Origin: Convolutriloba macropyga
Taxonomy: Eukaryota
Direction: 5' to 3'
DNA: 64,000 nucleotides
Assembly: GCF_964194025.1 (NCBI RefSeq)
Contig: NC_134470.1
Span: forward strand, 68,820,001-68,884,000
Positions within the stretch are counted from its first letter, which is position 1. Every line of letters starts with the position of its first letter. The position numbers and the translations under genes are program-made. The notes beneath the pieces were generated by a model, which did not search any database, was not told the DNA's origin, and saw only the letters and a list, made by a program, of their open reading frames with translations. Positions 27,136 through 39,936 of the stretch are shown here, piece after piece.

Positions 27136-30100
27136 AAACCCATTTAAACGCCATCCAACTACTCATCAAACAAAAAGTGCCTTCACTAAATTATGATTAT
27201 CTTGAAACAAAGTCATGAAACAGAAAAGTAAAAACAATAAAATCAAATCTGTTAAAATATGATAAAAAATCTGATTTAAATTTTGTTATATATTGAGATC
27301 CCGAAAAAACTATCTCTGCCAAAACAACATCATTAAAACAACTAGTACTGACAAAAACCGTTTATGTGAATTTTGAAAAAACACTACGCTAAAATTATTG
27401 AAAAAAAGCTCTTAAAAACAACTTTCACTGAAAAACTGGAAAAAGTTACTAAATTTTTTAATATTTTAAAAACATATAAATCCAAATAAAAATTCCCTTC
27501 AGTCAATAGGGCATCCAGATGCTCGCAAAAAAATAGGCAAGTCATGATAGGCAAAGAAACTTAGCTAAAAACAGAAAAAAGACGAACTGCAAAAAATTAA
27601 GAAAAATAGCTCCAATTTTCGCCAATTTTTTTTGTCATGTTTCTCAACAAAAGAATGATTCTTACCCACAAAACTGTAACCATTTGTCATCATAAAATTG
27701 TTCAAGTAGAAGGGGTTTCTTCAATACCCATTAGAGCCAGTAAAACAAAATAATCGTCAAAAAAACGCAAAAATTAGCCCGAAAATCAGCAAAATACATT
27801 AAAAACTTCCGAATTATCATAAAATTCATATTAATTTCCAGAAACCTTCAAACCACTACCAAAACCAGCCTAAAAATAAAACAAAATCATAACCAAACCT
27901 CTTAACCAAAATAAATAAAAAACTGCTTTAAAATGCCGCACGTGAACAAAAAAATTTCGCTCGCTTAGAAAAAATTTTTTCGCACATCAATTTTTCGCTC
28001 TCTCAAAAACAGCGGTATGAACAAAAACCACTCTCTTTTCGCTCGGCTCTTCACTTTTGTTCAGCGCTAAAATCACTCCAAATTTTTCACGCGTTTCATT
28101 TCCCGCTTCAAAAATCACTCCAATAAAATTGATTAAAAAAAGGACTTCTCCAATACTCCTCTTCGAGTCGTAAAAAGACAGCGCTCCAATACAATTCAAA
28201 TTCTTTGAATTGTAAAAAAACCAAGAGAAGGTCAATAATAGCCTCAGCTATCGCTGTGCGGCTATTAATAACATTGGTGAGGTTATTCATTCGGCAGTAT
28301 TCACATGTAGCTGTTTCTAACATAGGTGCATCCAGACAGTCAGTCATAAAGTAATGAAAAATAAACAACTGAGACACATTTTATTGTCACATCCAACTGT
28401 GTCCTCGCGATCACGCCTGCTGCAAGACAATTCACGACAAGGGGTGAGAAAGGAATCAATGCCAAAGTAACTGAGTAACTGATTAAAATTGTTCATATGA
28501 AAAACAGAAAACTCATTAGCCAAATGTTATATCAAGAAACAATCGAGAATCAAGAGTTACCAAAATGATTGCAAGAGATTTTGATAAATCCAATGCCGCT
28601 TGTCGGTAATCTCCAATCAAACTGTTAGAGATATAAAATTAATCAATTAAAATCATTAGGACCATGAAGATCAATGATTGCGCGCTTTAGCTAGTTGAAA
28701 ACTGTTCAGAACTGCTGTTATAATGAGAACCAATCCCCCGATGTCTGCGATAAAATAATTGGGCTCTTAAAAATTACATTTAATTGCAATGGTTTTTGTA
28801 TGCGCTTGAAGTGGTACATGGGTGGAACTGAAAATTGTGAGACAACCAACACAGTGACGAGTAGTAGGGATGAAAAAAAGGGAACCGTTTCCTTTTTCCT
28901 CTTCAAAACATAGCCATCTTTAACCTATAATTTCATACCTTAGCAGCGTTATATAAAACGTACGTCCATGGTTCCACCTGTTAGTCCATAAACATTTCTA
29001 ACTCAAAAACAGGAATTAGTTAGTTCAGACAAGCATTTGATAGCAACAAATTTGTTCAAGGATGAAAAGGAAACAGTTGGGGCTGAGGGGAGGTGAAATA
29101 GTGAATGATTAAGAATGAGAGACTATGAAAAGTGATACTAAGGCGCAAGGGAGGTAGACGTCATAAGAAACTTAGCACAGTTATCAATTAATGCCAACAG
29201 TAAAAAGGATACGATATACTGGGTGAAAAACAACACTAACAATCAATTTTTCCATAATCAGTTTGTTCCCCGAGCTGCTCATTTTTCCAGGAAATATGCC
29301 TTTTCCAGGGCAATATAAGGGTAGTAGCTACAGCACCAAGACATTAAAGTAGAGTAAGATGAAAAATTAATGGATGTAGATAAAACTTATTTTTCCAAGA
29401 AACTGCTGCCGATAAATTGCGAATGACCGCTAATGTGAAATCTTAATGATATTTTACACAATTAGTTTGATATAAAAAAGCACAAAAGGTAGCACGGATA
29501 CATCACGTAGTGCATTATTAATTTGGAACAATAAATAAACTCTGACAATAACTTTTGTTCACAACTTAAATTCATTCATTTATTAATTCGGTTTTGTGTA
29601 CTTTAAAATATAGTATTACCAACAAACAGATTAAAATTCAACTCATCATATAAATATAGAATCAGATTTACGTTTGGCTGCCAAGAAAATATTCCCAAGA
29701 GACTCACAAAAAGAGACAAAAAATCAGCGCTAAATTCTCGAGCATTCCGAAACAAGCAGGCAAGATGAGGCAAAAAATCTTCTAGTTACCGGGACAGTCT
29801 CTGCCCCCCGAAAAATATCTATCTCGTTGCGCGCCATTTTCCTAAGTCAATGTACAATGAAGTAACCAAGTGATTACCTGAAAATTTTGATTACCCGAAA
29901 TTGTTGTCCGAATTTACTGTTAAGTTTGATTTACTTGCTCACTGCAATCGAACACCTCATATATAACATAATTTATCTCTGCGCAAAAATAGACAGCATT
30001 TATATTGTACTTTTTTCAAAGTGGGAGGTTATCACTGAGATTGTAAAATTGGAAATTTGTGTCAGGAAATTCAATACGTACTTTGTTCCCCCCGCTCAGA

Positions 30101-30606
30101 CATGAGGAACAAAGCTGTTAAATCGAGCCTACTCTTTATTATCAACATGGTCAAACAGAAATTTATGCTAATTGAGCAAAATAACTTGATACCAAAATGT
30201 CTTGATTTTTATCACAGGGAGCATTCTCTTTTTCCTTCCCAATTACACAGTTAAACAATAAACACCAGCCGAGAGCACAAAATTTCATGCCACGCAGATT
30301 ATAACAGCACAAATCTACTTCGAAAGTGACATACAATCAAACATGATTCCTACCCACTCCTTGAAATTGACGCTCATTTAAGTAGTAATATACTTCCGCT
30401 GAGATTTATAGCTTGTCGATTCGTGTCGCTAACATGTTTAGTTCTGAAGTTGATCACGGGTCATCGCACACCTGAACATCTTCTATAGTTCTTTGTTCAA
30501 CCTAAGTGCTCAGACAAAAATTTGTTCATTTCTCTCTCGCAAACTTCGGATATAATCGATCAGATCATTGTTATTGCAGTCAAAATTTTGTTACACCACA
30601 TCCGAA

Positions 30607-30870
30607 TTATTGATTCGTAGTTGATGTTCCACTATTTCCATGTTTCGATTTTCTCGGATGTTTTTGCTGCAGTCGAGTCTTCTTGGCAGACGGGGTTTCT
30701 CCTTCGCTGCTACAACTTGACAATGGACTCGCGCGCAATTGGCTTTGCCTCTGTGAGCTGGTACAAACTAGCAAGTTGTTAGAATCTTCCTGATCTGTTT
30801 CCATTCTGAATTTCGTGACACTCTCAAAATTGTCATTCACTTCGTTACATTTCTCAAGAGCACCTAGTTC
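30607..30870 (-). CDS. Ser-rich multi-exon gene, terminal exon (contains NLS-like PSAKKTRL)
   Basis: Acceptor atctttttag|GAA, phase 0, open to TAA at 30607. Confidence 0.7.
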   Translation of the reverse strand, partial: ELGALEKCNEVNDNFESVTKFRMETDQEDSNNLLVCTSSQRQSQLRASPLSSCSSEGETPSAKKTRLQQKHPRKSKHGNSGTSTTNQ

Positions 30871-31439
30871 CTAAAAAGATAAATTCAATCAAAAATTACT
30901 TGGTAAGTTCCTATATCTTTCAATTCTTTCAAATCGGATTAAACAAAAAATTCTGATTTTTCTCAAATCTCAATTTTTTGTTTAATCCGACAATTTACTT
31001 ACGAGCAAGGCAAGAGAATTGACTCTTTTCGGACCTGAATATTGCCAGCATATGGCCAACAAGTAGCCCGATAATCGGGAACAAAAGACCGTTTAGGCCC
31101 TATAACAACGGACAAACAAAAGGAAAGAATAGAAGCATGAGAAAGAGTCCTGAAATTCCAAGACTGTTTTCCCTTTTTGCATGAGACAAAAAATTCTAAG
31201 AGGAATTCGTTACCATCCAATAAAAAATCCATCCTAATCCAAATTTTGCAATTGAAATCGATTATTAGTCTATCAAAAACCATTGTATCGTTTCAGATGG
31301 CTGCATATTGATTCGGCAAAAAACAAAATGTACTTCTACAAAAAACCAAGTTACAATAAAAAATGGCCCAAACGGAGGAGAACACAGCTATGAACTCATC
31401 TACAAGCCCCAATATCTCCAAAACTTTTTCAAAGTCAAA

Positions 31440-34400
31440 AAGTCATTTACTCAACTCAGCGTCATTCACTCACTCTCGCTCAGAAAAAGTTAGTTCATAC
31501 GGCAATTTTTCTCATTCACTATTAGGTTAAGACGCCTCCTGAACAAATAGTACTTCGGGTAAAAAACCATAGCCGGAAGAATTTCGAAACCAGCTCGCAG
31601 GAGAAAAGTCGCCATCCTCACTAATCTAATGCAGATTCTACAAAATTATACTCCGCATTTTGAAACAACAGGAAAAACATCAAGAGAAAACTAACCGACA
31701 AAAACTGATAGACAATCTGATTAAAATTACTTTTAGTTGTCACTCCAAGAAAACTGTTGGTAAAAGCCCCTGTAAAAAAAGTAGTTCGCAACAAAGTATA
31801 AACAACTGGCAGACACGCTCATAAAATGGGTTAACAAAGAGAAACTCGAGAAAAGATGATGACGGACAAAACCGAAAAGAAATTCTCTAAAAAACTAAAA
31901 GCTAAATTCAATTGCAAAATGCAATTTCTGAAGCAATAATCTACAAAAACGTTAATTACATTCTCTTGTACATCAGTCACTCACCCAATATTTGACGGAG
32001 ACGCAATAAACAATTAAAATTTGCAAAAAGGAAAAACAGCTTTAAAAATTGGAAAATTGTTTACTTTAATTAAGTGAAAACTGCTCAATTAGCTTTCAAA
32101 ATTCTTTCCAATCATTTTTCGGAGAAACCAATTTATAACTTCTGCTGAATCAGTCACTCATCCAAAACGCAGGAGAGAAACGACTATTGGACACCTCCAA
32201 GAACAAAACGGCAAAGAAATAAGTTATTTGTTTTGGTGAAAAGCAATTTGCCTAGATTTGACGTTTCACCTCAAGGTAGCATTAGCTATAGAATAACTCT
32301 TAACTAAGAAGTGATCGACACAAATTACACTGAGAGGAGGAAGATCAGAAGAAATAGGCGAAAACCATTAAAAACATACAAAAACGGAGAAAAATATGCT
32401 AGAATTTAGCCAATTTTCTTCAAACACATTTGAATTATTGTCAACCAAAATGGCAGACCATACAAGCTGCATCAAAATGAAAGCCATACAAGCATGCTCA
32501 AAAATTGCGAGAAAAGCTAAAACAGGCAAAAAGTCAAAAATAGGTGAAAACAGTCTAAAAGTGTAATAGGTGATTCAGATCGTCAATAAATGAACAATTG
32601 GTTTAGATAATTCTGATTGAAAAAAGTAGAGTAAACTAAGAAAATGCCTTGAAAAAGCCGCACGTGATCAAAAAGACTGCTCGCTTACCAAAAAAATTTT
32701 CACGGCTCTTTTTCTTACTTTCTCGAAAACCGACATGCACAGAAAACCACTCGCTCCGCAAATCGCTCAGCCGTGTGACATAAAAAATTAGTTTTCATAT
32801 GCGGTATTGCCCTTTACAACCTTTTTTGCAGGCTAAAAAATTATCGGTCAGAAAATAAGTACGTTTAGTAGTATTTAGCAGTCATTGCTCAAAGACATCG
32901 CACCGTCGCGCCGCCAACCTTCCATCTAATAAAAAAGAAAACTTTAAGATTTCAGAAAATAAAATACTTCTTAAAAAATTTCAAAATACTAAAAACTAAA
33001 TAATTTTTTTTAAATTGTAATTAAATTGTTTATCAAACAGATTAAACGCCAAAAATAAACCAGTTTTTAATAACGCGAAATAAACCACTGGCTGAGCACA
33101 GAAAGACCATTACAAATAATTAAAACTCAAAACAAACAGTCGGCAAATTGCTGGAAATAGCCACCGTTGAGCCGCTTGACGCATATTAGGATTGAAACAG
33201 AAAATGAAATTAAGAGATAGAAAATGACAAATTGTCAGTGTTTATATTTGTTAAACGCTGCATATTCGGTTAGATTCAAAAATTACACTTAATTCAGCCA
33301 CTTAACTGAAGGCTATTAAGCATAATACTAATGCCAGCCAGCAATCGCTTTAATAACTTTGATATCCTAATTCACCATGACTTAAAAGCCGGGCTTTACC
33401 AGTTTATCCCCTTTTGTTTTGATTTGCTCTTTTGACTTTGACCGTATTCAATACCGTACGCAGCTCAATGCGTGAAAGAATTAAAAAACCATTCAGTTGA
33501 AACAGTAAGTGAAAAAAGTCAGAAGTCAACCTTGAAAATCTCGAATTAATTATAACAAAAACGTCATCAAAAGGAAAAACGAATTAAAAAAGACGTGGCC
33601 GGAAGAATTCCAGAAACGACTAAAAGTAGAAAAGTCACCATCCTCACTCTACTAATGCACATTCTACATCATCTAAAAAAATTTGAAATTGATACACCAT
33701 CTGATAAAACTTTTGAGATTCCAAAAAATATTGGCGAAAGTCCCTGTAAAACAGGTAGTTTGCAAAACAATTAACAATTGGCAGACAACTTTCAAATTGT
33801 GTTGGTAAAGAGAAACTCGAGGAAAAGAAAAGAAACTGGACAAAAATGAAAACTAAAATTATCTCAAAAAAAGATCTCTACAAATTTAAAATGCAAATTC
33901 CGAACCAATAAATTGAGAAAATTACGTTCTCTCATGTATCAGACACCCACCCAATATTTGAGAGAAAAGTACTGAACAAATAAGGAAAGTCTTGAGACAA
34001 AAACCTCAAATTGACTTCCTTAAGTCAAAAGTGACCCGCTTACATTCCAAGATTCTTCCCGAAAATTAATCCGCAAAAACTTTTTTTAGCTTCTGCTAAA
34101 TCGGTCGCATCAAAAACGCAGAAGAGAAGTACCAAACGACTACTGGAAACTGCCAAGATAAAAAACCTAACAACATGAAATTTGCGTAATTAAATTTTGT
34201 TCAAAAAAGGCCAATCTAGACTTGAAGTGTTCCTCAAATTATCAACACCCATAGAATAACTATTAACAAAGAATTAAACGAGAAAAACTTCAGCGAAAAC
34301 CGTAAGATCAGAAATAGTAAAAAACCATAGAAAATCCGAAAATCGGCAAAGCTTTGCTCCAAAGACCACTAAAACTATTACATCAACTGATTTAAACCAC

Positions 34401-36760
34401 ACAACTCCGCAACTGCTATCAGAAATAGAAGCAGAAAACACAAAACTTAAAAAATAAGGCAAAATTGTAAAAAATAGCTGAAAATAGAATTTTAAAGTGT
34501 AATATTTGCTTCAGATAGTCTAGTCAAAACTGCTTCCAAACAAACTATAATTAGTTCACAAAATTGGGAGGAACACTTTTGAAAGAAAACAATTTGAGTT
34601 GAAACTAAAAAAGTGCTCTGAAAAATCCGAACGTGATCAAAAATTTCACCCACTTAGCGGTAATTTTTTCACACCTAATTTGCTCGTTCTCTCTCAGATA
34701 CTAATATGAACAGAAAACCAATCTCTCTCTTCCTGCTGCTCTTTGATCCGTTCAGCCGTCTGGCCTAAACACTTAGCTTTCACATGCGGTATTGCCCCTT
34801 TACATCCTGTTTTAAATACTCCAAAAAATTATTGCTCAGAAAAAAGTACAATTAGTAGTATTTAGCAATAGTGTCACAAATACATCGCACAGCCAACCTT
34901 CTGTCTAAATAAAAAGAAACAACTTTTAAGATTTGAGAAAAAAAACACTTTTTAAAAAAGGTCAAAATACTAAAAACTAAATAAAAATATTTTTAAATTG
35001 AAATTAAGAAAAATTGTTCATTGAACAGTTTTAACGCCAAAAATTAAAGTTTTCAATAACACCAAATTAAACAAGTGGCTGAGCGCAGAAAAAAATATTT
35101 CTACGAATTAAAACCAAAAACTGACAAAAATAAGAAAAGTCGAAAAGTGCAAAAAAAAGGGATAAATATGTCAGATTTTTTATAAAACAGGAAAGACCAC
35201 ACGTTCAAATGAGTTGTCCAATGCATGAATATCCACGCGAACGTTGCCATATACACTGATTTTTTTAAAAAAAAAATTCAACTCACAGATCATGAGGAAA
35301 TTAAGGAAAACAAATTCAAAAATCATCTATAAAGTTGAATTATGTGACCATTTTACACCTGAAAAGAATTATCAGGCTCTGCAAAACTTTGTGGTATCAA
35401 CTTCAGAAACTTGCGTATCAATGCAGCACCAATCAAAACTACTTCTGCAAAAAAACTACAAACAAAAAAGATTGAGCCACGTGGACGAAAAAACGGCTTA
35501 AACAGATATCTATATGCATGGGTCTCTCAAAAACACTTTTCAAATTCAAAAATTCATCCACTAATCGCAGCGCATGATTTAAAAACTTCTCTCGCTCAGA
35601 AAAATTAGTTCTAACGGCAATTTTACTCTTTCGGTTTTTGGTCAAAACACTGTCTGAACGAAGAGTACGTCCGGTAAAAAAAAAGCTTAAGAAAACCAAT
35701 AGCATGCACTGAGAGGCTGACGGCGTCTATTGATAACAAAATTTCTCACTGAAGAGTGGAATCTGCCTTGAGAAAAAAGCATGCACATTGTCCAAGTTGT
35801 TAAGTTGTTGCGCGAGTGTATTTAGCATTAAAAGATATTTAGCACTTATTTTTGACAGGATCTCAAAAAGAGCTCTTGTATCTTGACATGATTACAACTC
35901 CGCTCATAATCTGACCGAAACAACTCAAATCCTTCGGAATAACGTCATAATCTAAAGCAATGTCAATCAAATTGGTGAAAGTCAAAAATTGTCCCGATTA
36001 GCTGTCAAAGTTCAACATCGGGAATTAAGAAAAAATAACTTTATATAGTAAGAAATTCAAGCTCTCATCGGACATGCCCATAACCATTGCCATACGAGAG
36101 AAAAAAATTAAACAGCCGTCAGATTGCCGGAAACTAGCCGCCGTTGACGTACATCGGGATTGAAAAAGAAAAGGAACAGACAAACTGACCAATTTTTTTT
36201 TCTGTTTTTCAAGTGTCAAAAAGTGTTCTAATTTGAAGTGCAAATTCATTTAGATTGTAAAACTATACCTAATTCAGCTTCTTAACTGAAAGCTAATAAG
36301 CTTAATGCCAATGTCGGCTAGCAAACACTCCAATGAACTTTCATAACCTAATTCTCAATGACTTAATGATCGGGCTTTATCGATTTACCCCGTTTCATTT
36401 GATTTTGCGCTCTTTTGACTTTGACTGTATTTACTACATTACGTAACTCATACGTGCTAAAATTTAAAATCCAATCAGTAGAAACAGTGATTGAAGTAAG
36501 TCAGAAGTCCCAAATAAGACCTAAACACTAATAAACTTTGATAACCAAATTCTCAATGACTTAATGATAGGGTTTTATTGGTTTTTCCCGTTTTTGATTG
36601 TGCTCTTTTGACTTTGACCGTATTCACTATATTGCGCAATCCAATGAATGAAAGAATTTAAAATCCATTCAGTTGAAACAGCGAGTGAAGTAAGTCAGAA
36701 GTCCAACGTGAAAATCGTGACTTATGTAAAACGGAAAACGTGATGAAAAGGTAAAGCGAA
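31440..36760. repeat. Intronic degenerate ~2-kb duplicated or modular repeats
   Basis: Shared blocks, e.g. ttca(t/c)atgcggtattgccc (32795/34780), aaatactaaaaactaaa (32985/34965), attcagc..cttaactgaa (33290/36270). Confidence 0.65.
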
Positions 36761-37668
36761 ATAAAAAAAACATAGCTGGACAAGTCCTGGCGTACATTTC
36801 AAAGAAGAACTGTCTTTAACTAAACATCAAACTACACCTAGAACGGACTATGAGTGAATTGGGAAAACCATTTCTAAAAATCAGATAAAAAATTGAAAAT
36901 CAATGTCGAAATGCCGCATATGAACAAAAACCACTAGAGAAGTGAACTCTGAATGGATTGGATAAACCATTTAGAAAAATTCCGATCCGAAAAAATTGAA
37001 AAAACAGTAAAAATCAAAGTGAAATTGCCGCATGTGAACAGAAAACCAATAGCGAGAAAGCCAATTTTCGATCAAACATCGTTTTATCACTCACTACTTT
37101 AAAACTAGAGCGAAAAAATTTTACGCTGCAAAACCACCCGCTTTTTCGCTCCCTTTCCTGTTTTGGCGTGACCAAAATCACTACTCTAATTTAACTTCAA
37201 AGATCATGAAAATGTAGGAACAGATCTTAAAAAAAGACAGCGCCCCAATACAAATTCTTTGAATTGTAAAAGGAAAGCGCCTAAATAATAGCCGTTTGAG
37301 AGGCTGACGGCGGCTATTAAACAAAAAAAAGACCGATAGAAAACCAATACTCCTCTTCGAGTCGTAAAAACTAATACTCCTCTTTCGAGTCGTGGAACAC
37401 CAAGAAAAGGCCTATAATAGCTCGAGATATCGCTTTGCGGCTATTAAAAACCAAAACCTTGTCTGTCGAAATTTGTAGTTCGAGTTAGAAACCTTTGATT
37501 TTATTTCATAAGTTTTTGGGTGATTTGAGGACCCATCCAATTTTTATGCTCCAAAGGAAAACTGATTAATTAAAACGGTGTCAGAACGGTATGAGCAAAC
37601 GCACATTACAGAGCCTCTTTGTTTTCCTTATCCTATCCTTCGACTTACTGTCCCAGCAGCAAACTTAC

Positions 37669-38194
37669 AATTGTATTGCACGGTGATGACAGTTTGGTCT
37701 TCAATTTGGCAATGCTATTAGTAAGTTGATCCAGCGAGGCAGAAGCCGCACTGCCGTGACTGTGAATTGAATTGACCGATCCAGAAGAACCCTCCGCACT
37801 GCCACTTGGAAAGCCACTGTTCTCACTAGAACGGCTGTCTTTTCTCACTAACACTGAATCCCCTCCGGCGGTTCGCAAAACAACTGATGTATCTGATATT
37901 CCCCCTGTTGCTGACTTGCGCATTTTGGAACTTTTCTTGGAATCACGAGTAACAGTTTGAGATCCGCAATCATCGCTAGAAACTGTGGCCATTTCACCGT
38001 CTGTCATATTTCGAGATGCCCCTAGGTGTCCGGGTATGCTGGTCGAATGCCCTACTTGTCGGAGTACTAACTGTGGATGTTCACATGCGTCCTGATACAC
38101 ATCTTCGTTTAGTTCTTCGTGGTCCACTTCACCCTCACAGTCGCTGAAATCTTCGGACACGTCTGCCGCACAGCATGAGTTAGGAGAGGATAAG
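37669..38194 (-). CDS. Ser-rich gene, duplicated exon D'
   Basis: Same protein sequence as 39411-39936; acceptor tgtgttccag and donor ATT|GTAAGT both intact. Confidence 0.7.
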
Positions 38195-39410
38195 CTGGAA
38201 CACATTTTGAGCTCAATGTTACAAAGTACGATAATTTTTACGACGATAACAAAACGATAATTGCAGTTATTATTAATTTTTAAATTTTTGTGTATGCATG
38301 CATATTTATCCGCAAAATGATGCTATATTTCAAATTAGTACATTTATAAATTATGCCTTTTAAAAGAAATGTTTGCGGTATCTCAATTACGTCTCTTGTT
38401 TTAAGTACAAAATTGTTCTCGAAATGTTTAACTGGCAGATTGCGAGATAATACCCGCAACAGTTTTGTAGATCTGCAGTCTCGATCTGTGATAGTAAAAG
38501 AAGCACCCTAAAGAAAATTCTTTTCATTAAAAGCCGAGATGTATTTTTGGTTAAAATTCTGTATAACTCAATGCTGCTTCTATTAGCTGCGCTCAAATAA
38601 CTTTCAATTAGAGTGACAGACACCCACTTGAGCTTATCTCTTTGAACTAAAGAAAAGAAAAGTCAATTTCAGAGTGAGGAAGTCATTTTTAAGTGAGGTA
38701 GATCGCGTGTGATCAAAAACTTAATCCAGCGAATGAACAAAAAAACTTGCTCCACTGAGAGTGAAAAGTGACATCACGCACGCAATCCAATTCAAACTAA
38801 CAGGTCCGTAAAAGTAAGCTAAATAATTCAGAAAAACTTTCACAAAATTTTGGAGGAACATATGAGCGCATCCCATTATCTATTTCAAAAGTAGTAGCCG
38901 CGCTGATTGCATCATGCCTTTCTGGTAAAATATTAACTTCAAAGATCATGAAAATGTAGGAACAGATCTTAAAAAAAGACAGCGCCCCAATACAAATTCT
39001 TTGAATTGTAAAAGGAAAGCGCCTAAATAATAGCCGTTTGAGAGGCTGACGGCGGCTATTAAACAAAAAAAAGACCGATAGAAAACCAATACTCCTCTTC
39101 GAGTCGTAAAAACCAATACTCCTCTTTCGAGTCGTGGAACACCAAGAAAAGGCCAATAATAGCTCGAGATATCGCTTTGCGGCTATTAAAAACCAAAACC
39201 TTGTCTGTCGAAATTTGTAGTTCGAGTTAGAAACCTTTGATTTTATTTCATAAGTTCTTGGCTGATTTGAGGACCCATCCAATTTTTATGCTCCAAAGGA
39301 AAACTGATTAATTAAAACGGTGTCAGAACGGTATGAGCAAACGCACATTACAGAGCCTCTTTGTTTTCCTTATCCTATCCTTCGACTTACTGTCCCAGCA
39401 GCAAACTTAC

Positions 39411-39936
39411 AATTGTATTGCACGGTGATGACAGTTTGGTCTTCAATTTGGCAATGCTATTAGTAAGTTGATCCAGCGAGGCAGAAGCCGCACTGCCGTG
39501 ACTGTGAATTGAATTGACCGATCCAGAAGAACCCTCCGCACTGCCACTTGGGAAGCCACTGTTCTCACTAGAACGGCTGTCTTTTCTCACTAACACTGAA
39601 TCCCCTCCGGCGGTTCGCAAAACAACTGATGTATCTGATATTCCCCCTGTTGCTGACTTGCGCATTTTGGAACTTTTCTTGGAATCACGAGTAACAGTTT
39701 GAGATCCGCAATCATCGCTAGAAACTGTGGCCATTTCACCGTCTGTCATATTTCGAGATGCCCCTAGGTGTCCGGGTATGCTGGTCGAATGCCCTACTTG
39801 TCGGAGTACTAACTGTGGATGTTCACATGCGTCCTGATACACATCTTCGTTTAGTTCTTCGTGGTCCACTTCACCCTCACAGTCGCTGAAATCTTCGGAC
39901 ACGTCTGCCGCACAGCATGAGTTAGGAGAGGATAAG
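39411..39936 (-). CDS. Ser-rich gene, exon D (acidic/Ser-rich)
   Basis: Phase-2 acceptor matches the upstream exon; phase-0 donor matches the terminal exon; alternative donor CA|GTAAGT at 39391. Confidence 0.75.

Noticed and set aside
38797-39282. 161-aa ORF at the duplication junction
   Set aside because: It spans repeat modules and the breakpoint, with no coding-like composition.
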